Origin: Lingula anatina | Taxonomy: Eukaryota; Animalia; Brachiopoda | DNA length: 64,000 nucleotides | Direction of reading: 5' to 3' | NCBI GenBank assembly: GCA_051362555.1 | Contig: CM120641.1 | Coordinates: 29,146,401 to 29,210,400, forward strand | Shown: positions 36,786 to 49,048 of the stretch, piece after piece | Layout: each line of letters begins with the position of its first letter | Position numbering within the stretch: position 1 is the first letter of the stretch | Made by a program: the position numbers and the translations under genes | Notes under the pieces: model-generated | Databases searched by the model: none | What the model saw: only the letters and a program-made list of their open reading frames with translations | Told to the model about the DNA's origin: nothing

Positions 36786-38940
36786 TTATTATGTACAGAC
36801 ACAGATGTGTCTGTACATATTGCCATCACCTGCGTCTGTCGTCGCCGTCGCCGGCGCCGTGCACTTTCCTTGTAAACACGATAAGTGGAACACAGTTTTA
36901 CTTTTTGGCTTTATATTTACAGAGCTGATGAATATTCATGAAACGCAGGTCAAGTTCGAAAATCAGCATAATCGGGCCATTATTGTAGAAGTTATGCTGT
37001 TTTTTCACTTTTCAGCATATATGCAACACTGTAAACACATTTAAAGGAAAACCAATAGTCCTGTTGTCATGAAACTTACAGAAGTACTCAATTTTACTAA
37101 AATGCAGGTCAAGTTCGAAAATCGGCATGATCGGGCCACTATTTTAGTACTTATGCAGTTTTTTCATTTTTCAGCATATATGCAACACTGTAAACACAAT
37201 ATAAGAAAAACAGATAGACCAATTGTCATTAAACTCACAGTAGTGGTCAATCTTACTAAAACGCGGGTTGAGTTCAAAAATCAGCATAATCGGGCCATTA
37301 TTTTAGAAGTTATGCTGTTTTTTCAAATTTCCTCAGATTCAATTCTTAGGCATGTTAACAGTCTCATTATAATAAGATACGTAAAAGTGTTTGTTTGACA
37401 TATCCTACATCTTTACAACATTGTTAGTTAATTTTGTAAAAATGATGGTAAACTTGTTAACGTGTATTGTGTAATAAAGTTTCAAAAATGGAAATAAACT
37501 CATATCATTTCAGTTTGTCAGATTGAATCATTCACTATGTTCAGAATCTCGGAATGGAGGAAATTGGACATTTAACACTATTCTATTGATATTTTTCCCA
37601 TCTCATCCATTTTCTTAGTTGATCATATAAAAATGGCAGTAAACTGTTAATTTTGTTTTATGTTAAAAAATTGTTAAAAATGGGAAAACACCCATTTCAG
37701 AACAGTGCTGTCTTGTTTACATTTTGGCATTTTCAAGGTGTGACTTTGAAGTTCCATGGGCCTGAAGACCTTTGCTAGTCACATTTTCTGAATATCCATG
37801 ATACTAATATTTTATTATTAAAAATTGATGGTCATTATGCTGTTAAACATTATGTAATATTGCATCAAAATTTGAAGAAACCCCTATTTTGGGCACTGCT
37901 TCCATGATGACCATGTAAGGAAAACCATGTCACTTACTGTTCTCAAACTTACAGGAAAGAAACACAGGACTAAAATACAGCTTCAGTAAGCAATACAATC
38001 TTTTTGGTAAATTTTTTCTGGCAATTAAACATTTTTTTTTTTTTTTTTTTTTTGTGAAAATTTAACTTTTCACATATTGGCATTTTCAAGGTGTGACTTA
38101 GAACCTCCACGGGCTTGAAGACCCATGCTAGTCACATTTTCTGAAAATCCATTATACATATATTTTATTATTAAAAGTTGATGGTCATTATGCTGTTAAG
38201 CATTATGTAATATTGCATTTAAATAGAAGAAAACACAATTTTTGGTGCTGCTGCCATGATGACCATTATGGGAAAACCATGTTACTTATGATTGTCAAAC
38301 TTTCAAAAAAGAAACACAGGACTAAAATGCAGCCTGAGTTGGAAAAGCAGTCTAATTGGCTTCTTTTTTTGGAAGTTATACATTTAAGTGAAATATCCAT
38401 TTTTTTCGGGTTGGCATATTAATTGTGGGACTCTGAGCTCCCATGGACATGAAGCTGAATGGTAATCAAATTTTCTACATGTCCATGCTATTTATAGTCA
38501 ATAATCAAAAATTGGTGATAATTATTCTGTAATATATTACATAATGTTACATCAAAATGGACAGAAATCTTTTTGCACTGCTACTACAAAAATTATGAAA
38601 AGAAAACTGTGTTACTTATTATTTTTAACTTACAAGTATGATTTTTAAGATTGGCATGCAGTTCAAATTAGAAAGCCAGCTCAATTGGGTTGTCATTTAT
38701 TATTGAATTATACAATTTTGTGTGAAACTTTCATTTTTCTCATTCTGGCATTTTCAAAGTGTGAACTTTAACTCCCATGGGCCTGAAGCCTTATGCTTGT
38801 TACACATTTTACTTACATTGGTATTACCTGTTGAGCATAATTAAAATTTGATGTTGAATTTGTAGTTAAGCATAATGTATTTTTACATCAGAATTGACAG
38901 TAGCCTATTTTTTTGCATTGTTATTTCCTGCTTTTTGTCT
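36786..38940 (+). mobile_element. Helentron-associated element, family B, with about 160-bp internal tandem repeats (CDK1 intron 1)
   Basis: 5' hairpin ATGTACAGACAC-AGAT-GTGTCTGTACAT after a T-run, (GTC/GCC)n microsatellite, recurring TCAAGTTCGAAAATC at about 159-bp spacing; collinear with 43990-48300. Right boundary approximate. Confidence 0.7.
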
Positions 38941-39464
38941 GTACATTTGACAGCTTTGCTGCCTTGTTTGTTATTATTTTTCAATTTAATTTTTTTGTAA
39001 AGCAAATCTAAATTTTTCGTTTCTTTAATTTAATGCAGTATTCTGAACAGATTGAAAATATGATGTTTGCCCTTAGTTTGTTATTGTCGCAATTCATTAA
39101 AATGGATAATACACTTGCTGTAACTTTGCTTTGACATAAATTCGGGTTTAAATTTAAATGATATCATATCAAATATTGTCATACTAAACATATTCATATT
39201 TACAAGAGAAAGCATACTTTTTACTGTTTTTATAGTTGTCATCACAAGGATGCCATGGAATTTAAAAATCAGTTGTTTAAATGTTTACAAAAGATATGGT
39301 AAATAGTGAACCTAGAACAGTATTAAATGATGTTAATACTGTAAGCTGTGCATATTAAACCTTATTTCAGTGCTTTAAACTTTTCTTACTTTCAACTATG
39401 CCTGTTAATTGATTTTATTTCAGGGTACTGCATAGGCTTTGGGACAGTGCATTTCAATATGAAT

Positions 39465-42024
39465 ATGGATGATTATGTCAAAATAGAAAAGATTGGAGAA
39501 GGTGAAGTTTTCCAAGAAAATATTTGTTCCCATCATTAGTTTACTGAGACTAAAGTTGTGTGTTTAAAAAGTAATATGTATTTCAAGGGGACTCAAGAAG
39601 TTTTAAATTTATTTATACATGTTTTGGGGCTCAGAAATGAAGGCCTAACTGGGCTTTGTAAGCAGCTGTGAATGTTAAACTTGATTGGTAAAGTTGGTCA
39701 TATTGATGCTAAATTTTTAAAAAATACTTATGAACCTTTTTTTTTCACCTATAGGAACCTATGGGGTTGTGTACAAAGGTAGAAATAAAAAGAACAACAA
39801 AACTGTTGCACTGAAAAAGATCCGTCTGGAGAGTGAAGAGGAAGGAGTCCCATCAACAGCAATTCGGGAGATTTCTCTCCTGAAGGAATTACAGCATCCA
39901 AATGTTGTGAAGTAAGGAGACGGTTAACATTTTTATATTTTGTGCATATGATGTACGTCTTTTAATATAATGGTTGAGTATGGACATGGAATGATTTTAT
40001 TTTGTTATAGGGACTAAACTTGGTTTGTGTTAAAAAAAACCTGTCTTTAAGTTTCATATTTTAAGTTATAATGGAGGTCTGTGGACTCTATTGAAGCTTA
40101 ATTGAAGCTGTGTACATACTCTCTTATATAAATGTTATCCAAATACTGTATTTTTTTTTTTAACTGTAGAACAAAGAGAGGGGTCAATGCTTTTTTTAAG
40201 TCTGTCACTTATTACATGCAGTGTTAACATATCACAGTACTGTGCACTTTTATATTATTTTCAGTTTGGAAGACATCTTGATGCAAGAGAACAAGTTGTA
40301 CTTAGTATTTGAGTTCCTATCCATGGACTTGAAAAAATACATGGACTCCATTCCCTCAGGCCAGTACATGGACAAGATGCTTGTCAAGGTATGAACTTTA
40401 CACACCTGTAACACTTTTGGTAACCATTGATTAGTTTCTTTTTTCCTTTGAATCTTCACTTGTGATAAGACTTTTTTTTAAAGGAAAATCTTAAAAACAG
40501 TTTACCAAACAGATTCACTTATTTTATCATACTTATATTACATATTTGATAATGGAGCAGTTTTGATAGTATTTGATTAAATAACATACTTTACCTACAC
40601 CCCCACTTTTTTTTTTGTCTCCAATAACATGCCATTTCTTTTCTATAACTTCAGAGCTATTTATATCAGATCACCCAGGGAATTTTGTTTTGCCACCAGA
40701 GACGTGTGCTTCACAGAGACCTGAAGCCACAGAATCTGCTGATAGATAACAAAGGAGTCATCAAACTGGCTGACTTTGGTCTGGCAAGGGCTTTTGGTAT
40801 CCCAGTCAGGGTGTACACTCATGAGGTAGGGTTTAGGCGGTCAAAAATGATATGTAAATTTGTACTTCCATAAAATTTCTTATATAGTTTGAGAGAATTG
40901 CAGTCTGTTAAATAATCATGCCAAGCATGCCATTGTTAAATAATCATGCCAAGCATGCCATTTGATAAGGTAGAGTAGTAAAACAGTAGAACAAAGTGTG
41001 AATATTAAAAAAAAAAAAAATTCCATACCAGTGATGCATGTAAATTGTTGAAATACAACAATGACTAGCTGAAAAAGGAACCAGGTTGTGACCCTGTGGT
41101 ATCGAGCACCCGAAGTCCTCCTTGGCTCCCAGCGGTATTCCACACCCATAGATGTGTGGAGCATAGGCTGCATCTTTGCCGAGATGGTCACCAAGGTCCC
41201 CTTGTTCAGGGGAGACTCTGAAATTGACCAACTTTTCAGAATTTTCAGGTAAAGGACAAACAAAACATAAGTCATTGGTCAATGAAAATAACAATAACGA
41301 ATCTCAGATTTTTACTATTAACTGAAAGTCATTTTTATAATTTAACCACTATTTATTTATATTAAATTTTTGTTTGTTTGTGTGCATGCACACATGCAGG
41401 GTGTCACCAGTTTCTTAAAAAAAAAAAAAAACAAACTTCCAGCTTACCTTTGAACTAGTTTTTGTTTTTACACTAGTCCAGCATGCATTAATCTAACCTA
41501 ACACTGTTCACATAACAGGACCATGACCACCCCAACTGAAGAGAACTGGCCTGGCGTGACCAGCTTACCTGACTACAAGCATACCTTCCCCAAGTGGACC
41601 AAAAATCAGTTGGAAACTTCAGTCAAACAGTTGTGCAGTCAGGGACTGGATCTTCTTCAGGTGACTGTTTATTAATTTTTTTTCACCATTTTGAGTTAAA
41701 ACTTTAATTAACTTTTTATTTAGAAAAAAGCTTTAATTAAGAATTATTTCAGTTGCAAACTCCCTATATTTAATTGGCTATACCTTAATTTTTTTTAACT
41801 TATTGGCATTTTCGGTTTTTAACGCTTGTTATGAAAGTTTTAGTGCGTGTCATAAATGTCAAACAACAACAGCATTTGTCACCTTTGATTATTGGCTGCA
41901 TTGTTTGTTTCTGTTTCAGAAAACCCTCATCTACGACCCTGCCCAAAGGATATCTTGTAAAGCCATGCTTCTGCACCCATATTTCTACGATTTGGACAAA
42001 AACACTTTGCCCGCCCACTGCTGA
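39465..42024 (+). CDS. CDK1: Cyclin-dependent kinase 1 (cdc2), 299 aa
   Basis: Exons 39465-39501, 39755-39911, 40265-40388, 40655-40825, 41085-41248, 41519-41660, 41920-42024 (900 nt). [79 protein letters not shown]. In-frame ATG also at 39459; AATAAA at 42967. Confidence 0.98.
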
Positions 42025-43987
42025 TAGCAGTTTACTGAAAGACAGTTCACACAAATAGTTAAGGCATACTTTTATGTACAAGTAAATACTGGATTACATG
42101 GGGCACACTCTATAAGTAAATTATAAGTTGAATCTGACTGAAATAACTCTGATGAATAAACAACATTAATAGACTCCATCTGAAGAACAGGCGTTAAAGG
42201 TTGGTTTATATCAATAGCGTTAACTGTCAATTTCATCAGGAGAATCAGAAGTGGTATGATGATGCAGGTTTAAGTCTGTTGGTTAAGTCTTCGTGTCCCC
42301 TTTAAAGTGATGTATATAGAAATGCACTGTTTGCTACTTTCATTGAAGACATATTTGAACTTGATTATTCTGTTGGAGATTAATTTGGTTTCTTTGAAGT
42401 CCCTTATTATGTTCACTATATTAACACTGGCTAGAATGCAAGGAATTGAATTTCAAATGAAGTTTACCACCACTGCGTAGTTTTTAGCAGACATTGGTTA
42501 TTTAAAAATGCCTTGTAGTTTGCTGTAAATGCAAATACTTATTTTCATTGACCAATTATTTTGTCTTTTTTAGATGGTTAATTCATTTGCCAAATGACTT
42601 ACATTGGTGATGGGTGAATGGAGTCAAATGTGACAGTAAATGTGATGATGTGTTGGTTGTAAAGAACATTCTTTGAAATTAATATAATGAATAGTTGTAG
42701 CTTTTACAGGCCTTTGAAAAAATGAGGGACAGATGTGTTTCAGTTCCTGCTTTCAATATGTTATTTATGGTTATTTTGGTATGATTATCCCCTTTGGAGA
42801 AGTGTAGTTATTAATGTATACATAATGTAAATTCATTTATATGATTACTGTATATGTCAAATTGTAAAAATGTCTGTCTGGCAGTCTTTCATGCTTAATG
42901 CAATTTTTGTACACACTGTATAAATGTGTATGTAAGGTATGTAGACTAATTAGATCACGTGAGGCGAATAAAATGTACAGTCGTCATATAAACTAGTCTT
43001 TCATACAACTGCAGGCTGGATTTTTTTTTTAATCTACTTTAAAATGTAAAATTGACCTCCTATCTTTTCCGAGGGATACAAAATAACATTGAGATAAAAT
43101 TATTCAGTCTTGTTAACAAAGGCACTTGCCTAACAAAATGGATATTCTGAATGCAATCCTATAATATTTTTTACGGTACCTATATTTCACAACTGCATTT
43201 TTCATCATACAAAAGTAAATTTATGAAATTGACCACTAGCATTAAGAGAAAAAAAATCCCCCTACCTCCACCCTCTTGATTTTGGAGTAGGTCAACAAAT
43301 TTTCAGGCTTATTTGTCTAGCAATGCAAGAGCCTGTAAAAGAAAAAACGTTCTCTAGGAATTGTGAAAAAAATGAGGCTTGGATGCGCATAGGCTGAAAA
43401 AGCCTTTATGCAAATTTTACTTTTTGATGACGCCCTAATTATATACCATAAAAATTCTGCACTGCATATGCTTGTCTGCTTTATGTTTAAGAGTGACAAT
43501 ATCAAACGGGTGTTGTTTCCTATTATTTCGCCTAAGAAGATGCCCAGATAAAGAGTACAAAGCTCCCAGGGTTCATACAGGCTTGAAAAGTGTGCAAATC
43601 AGCTTTGTGCCTTGAATTCAGTTAGTGGCCTCGGAGAATACTAAATAAAATTGCAAATGCCTTTGAAAAGGGCTTGTTTTCCATCATTTTTGCGTTTGAA
43701 AAGTACTTGAATTTATCAAAATTATTTTAAACTTGTAGTTTTTGACCTGAAGAAACAATCATCTTATTTAAATCTTTCAATGTTTTGTCGTAGTTTCATT
43801 AATTTTGTTTCACCATCAATGTATCAACATACAAAGTTTATGCCAAATATGAAGCCCTTTTCACTTTGATTTGTACACTTACAACAGCAAGTTGCCCTCA
43901 TTTAGGAAAAAAATGAAAAGTACTTGAATTAGAGTTTCAAAGATCCTTGAATTTGTTCTTGGTGTTGCTATGCAAACCACAATTCCT

Positions 43988-46900
43988 TTTTTATGTACAG
44001 ACACAGATGTGTCTGTACATATAGCCATCACCTGCGTCTGTCGTCGTCGTCGCCGTGCACTTTTACCGATAACACGATAAGTGGAAAACTGTTTTTCATT
44101 TCAGCTTGAAACTTACAGAATTGATAAATATTTATAATACGCAGGTCAAGTTCGAAAATCAGCATGATCGGGTCACTTGTAGGGAAGTTATGCTGTTTTT
44201 ATGTACAGACACAGATGTGTCTGTACATATAGCCATCACCTGCATCTGTCGTCGTCGCCGTGCACTTTGACCACCGATAACACGATAAGTGAAAAACCGT
44301 TTTACCTTTTGGCTTGAAACTTACAGAACTGATGAGCTTTCATAATATGCAGGTCAAGTTCGAAAATCAGCATGATATGGCCATCTATATGGAAGTTATG
44401 CTGTTTTTTCACTTTTTTCAGCATATATGCAACACCGATAACACGATTAGTGAAAAACCGTTTTACCTTTTGGCTCGAAACTTATGGAACTAATGAATAT
44501 ACATAATACACAGGTCAAGTTCGAAAATCAGCATGAGCGGGCCATTTTTATGGAAGATATGCTCTTTTTTCATTTTTTAAAGCATATATGCAACACTGAT
44601 AACACGATAAGTGAAAAACCGTTTTACCTTTTGGCTTGAAACTTACAGAACTGATGACTATTCATAATACACAGGTCAAGTTTGAAAATCAGCGTGATTG
44701 GACCAATTTTATGGAAGTTATGCTGTTTTTTTTTCACTTTTTTTAGCATGTATGCAATACCGATAACGCATTTCAAGGAAAATCAATTGGCCAATTGTCT
44801 TGAAATTTACAGGGGTGATCAGTCTTACTGAAATACAGATGGAGTTCGAAAATAAGCTCCATTGGTTCAGTTCTGGTGAAGTTATGCCTTTTTTGTATAT
44901 AAGTGTTTTTTCCTTTGATTTAATTCTTAGGCATGTTAACAATCTCATCTGTGAACTAATTAGATATGTAAAGGTGTTCTTTTGACATTTTCTGCATCTT
45001 AACAATATTGTTAGTTGATTATATAAAAAAGATGGAAAACCTGTAATTGTGTAATAAAGTGTCAAAAAATGGAAATAATAATAAACTCATATCTTTACAG
45101 TTTGTCAGATTCAATCATTCACCATGTTCAGAATCTCAGAATGGAGCAACCTGGACATTTAAAATTGTTCTATTGATATTTTTCCTATGTCAACAATTCT
45201 CTCAGTTGTTCATTTAAAAATGACAGTAAATTGATTACTTTGTTATATGAAAAAAAGGTGTTGAAAATGGAAGAAAATCAATTCAATACAGTTATCTCTT
45301 GTATACAGGTACATTTTGGCATTTTGAAAGTGTGACTCTGAACTTCCATGGCCTTGAAGACCTTTCCATGTCACATTTTCTGTATATCCATGATACTTTT
45401 ATTTTATTATTAAAAATTGATGGTCATTATGTTATATTGCATAAAAGTTGAAGAAAACCCTATTTTGGAAATGGCTGCCGGAATGACCATTAAGGAAAAA
45501 CCATGTTACTTATGATACTCAAACTTACTGAAAAGTTTTGTAAGACTGACGTGCAGTTTGTGTTGGAAAATCAGAGTGATTGTTTTCTGTTCTGGAAGCA
45601 ATGCAGCTCTATAGAGTGCTATATGGGGCTACTGTTTATGGATGGTGGTAATTGTCCCTTGGGGTAGTCACAAGCTAAATTCAGAGCTATAAAATCATTT
45701 GCCTAATTAATTTCCAAGTGCCCATTAAATAAGATTACATAAAACACACGTTGAGATTTCCCAGTAAAGTCCCATAGGTAAAGCTCTCTTAACTGTGTCA
45801 CATAATTAGGAATCTGTGATAATTATGCAGGTAAATGTTGTTTAATATTGCAAATAAGTTAACAAAAGAAAAAAAAATTGAATAACAGTGCCTTATTATC
45901 CTCAAACACATTGGGGTTATTCATATCATGTTATTACAGCAAGATTAAAAGTTTGAATAGCAGCTTTAATGGGATATTTTTGTTGTGTTTTCTTTTTAAT
46001 TTATTTTTCAAACACTGGCATTTTCAGCTCCCATCCACCTGAAGCTCTTCACATTCTCTGTATTTCCACATAAACAGTTGCATTGGTTTTTATGTCTTTA
46101 AACATTATGTAATATTATTTTATGCATTGTCATCATTATTCAAATATTGGGATTTTCATTATGTGAATTTGGTCCTGACTGTAATCTTATTGCAGGGGTG
46201 GATTGAGGCCGTCTTCTGGGTCTTTCAGATTTTAAAGTTCATATTGATGGGTATCTGTTTTTTTTCTGTTGGAAGACCATCAAAAATGTAGGATGGATCA
46301 ACAAAGATAATTTGGAATACTGTCAGAAAATATCTCTGGATCCGCTCCTGTTATTGACGATGTCACCTGTTGTGCATGATTAAAATTCAGTGTTGATTGA
46401 CAGTGCTATTGTAGGCATGATTTATTATTGCATCAAAATTAACAAAATGAACCATTTTCTGCATTTTCTTAGCATATATGCAGCACTGATAACACGATAA
46501 GTGGAAAACCATTTTACCTTTTGGCTTGAAACTTACAGAACTGATGAACATTCATAATACACAGGTCAAGTTCGAAAATTGGCTTGATTGGACTATTTTT
46601 ACAAATTTAAAGTTATGCTGCTTTTTTCCATTATTCGGCATATATGCAACACTGATAACACATTTTAAGGAAAAGCAATCAGCCTTTTGTCTTGAAACTT
46701 GCAGGAGTGATCAGTCTGACTAATATACAGATCAAGTTTGAAAATAAGCTTGATCAGTTAAGTTTTGATGAAGTTATTAGCCTTTTTGCATATAAGTGGC
46801 TTTTCTTCAGATTTAATTCTTAGGCATGTTAACAGTCTCAATATGGAACAAATTAGATATGTAAAAGTGTTGTTTTGACATTTTCTGCTTCTTAAAAATA

Positions 46901-48300
46901 TTGTTAGTTGATTATATAAAAATGACAATACACCTTTTATTGTGCATTGTGTAATAAAGTATCAAAAATGGAAGGGAACTCATATCATTGAAGTTCATCA
47001 GGTTCAATCATTCACTAAGTTAAGAATCTCAGAATGGAGCAAGTTGGACATTTAAATTTGTTCTATTGATATTTTTCCTTTGACAACATATTTTAATTGA
47101 TCATATAAAAATGACAGTAAATCGATTATTTTTTTTCATGTAAAAAAGGTATTGAAAATGGAAATAAACTCTTTTTAATACAGTTTCTCTTGTTTAGATT
47201 TTGGGATTTTCAAAGTGTTTCTGAACTCTATGGGCTAGACACATTTTGTGAATATCCATGATAGTTTTATTTTATCATTAAAAAACTGATGGTTATTATG
47301 CTGTTAAGCATTATGTAATATTGCATCAAAATTGAACAAAACCCTATTTTAGGCACTGCCTCCTTAGTGACTGTGAAAGGAAAACCATGTCACTTGCTCT
47401 TTTTACACTTAAAGGAAAGAAACATAGGACTGAAATACAGCTTCAGTTGGAAAATCTGTCTCATTAGTTAATTTTCTGGAAGTTATAGAGGTTTTTTGTG
47501 AAAATTTTTATCTTTCACATACTGGAATTTTCAATGTGGGACTTAAAGCTCCCTTGGGCATGAAGCCCAGTGGTAATCACCTTTTTTTAATGTCCATGTT
47601 TTTAATAGTAGATATTTAAAAATTGGTGGTATTTATACAGTTAATCATTATGTAATGTTGCATCAAAATTGACAAAAAACCTCTTTTGTACACTGCCACC
47701 ATTAACGTTATAGAAAGAAAACTGTTACTTTCTAATTATTCAACTAGTCTTACAAGAATGATTCTTAGGATTGACATACAGCTCATATTAGAAAACCAGC
47801 TCTATTAGATTATCACTTTTATTAAATTTATGCATTTTTTGTGAAATTTTCATTTTTCTCATTTTGGCACTTTCTAAGTATAAACTTGAACTCTGATGGG
47901 CCTGAAGCCTTATGCTTTTACTTTCGTCGGTGTTACCTGTTGTGCATAATTTTAAAACATTTGATGTTGACTGTGCAGTTAAACATAATGTATTATTGTA
48001 TCAGAATTGATTGTCTCCTATTTTGTGCATTATTGTTTTGTGCATTTCTTAAGGGTGTGACTTATGGGCCTGAAGACCTTTGAGAGGGTCAGTCTGTAAA
48101 TTTCCCTTGGGTCTCACTAGGCTAAGTTATAAAGTTATAAAGTCATTTGCCTAATTAATAGGCCATTAAATGAGATTACATAAAGCACACTTGTTGATAT
48201 TTCCCTGTAAACTCCCAAAGGTTAAGCTTTCTGCTGGATTAATAATAAGGAAGCAGTGATAATTATGCAGGTAAATTTTGTTTTATATTGCAAATAAGTT
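43988..48300 (+). mobile_element. Compound/nested array of HINE family B
   Basis: Two 5' hairpin starts (43993, 44201), about 161-bp repeats (44354, 44515, 44676), and a second pass of the same body from about 46460 to 48050; 45645-45870 duplicated at 48100-48300. Confidence 0.7.
46193..46350. mobile_element. hAT-like MITE with 6-bp TSD
   Basis: Ends CAGGGGTGGAT / ATCCGCTCCTG; TTATTG duplicated at 46187-46192 and 46351-46356. Confidence 0.7.
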
Positions 48301-49048
48301 TTTAATATATATAATTATAATTATAATAGTTTTTAATATATTTAATTATAATAATATGCCCCCAACAGCCATTATAATAAAAATGATAATATGAGTAATA
48401 GTAAAGTTTTAATCTGCCAGTGTGTGTGAGTGTATGTGTTATGAAATGCATTAAAAGGGGAAGTTACATTACTACCTCGGGCTTAAATAAAAATGAAATA
48501 AGACTATGACTAAAAGAAAAGTGAAGTTGAAAATTGTGGACAAAAGTACTATGATTAACTATAATATTTACAAAGGTGTTTGAGAGTCTGGTAAAATCAT
48601 ATACCCCGGTACATGTAGGACTTATTCTAAAAGCTTTTTATTGACCAGTGATTTCTGCTTCTAAGATTTAAGTAAAATAAAAGGTAATGCAATTAATGAA
48701 ACATTTTTACTGCTATGGATGTGCCCAGAATTATTCCTTCAATAATTTTAAATTTGACAAAAGAAAGTCTTTCTTTTGACTAGGACTAGGTTTTGACAAG
48801 GATCAGTTTTTTTTTGGTAGTTCTATAAGCTCTGGTAAAATTGCAAACACTGAAATACTTTTACATGTGGTAGTAGAGATTTTGTACTTAAGCATTGACA
48901 AAATGTCTCTTTCATCTCTTTTGTACATATAATGGTGAAATTAAAACCTTTTGAACCTCATAGTTATTTAGTTTCTTTGATAAAGAATAACTTCATTTAT
49001 ATATTTATACATGTATATGAAATGTCTCATCATTTTAATGTCTTACAG

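Noticed and set aside
43567-43980. Possible hAT MITE beginning CAGGGTTCATAC
   Set aside because: Right terminus and TSD too degraded to support a call.
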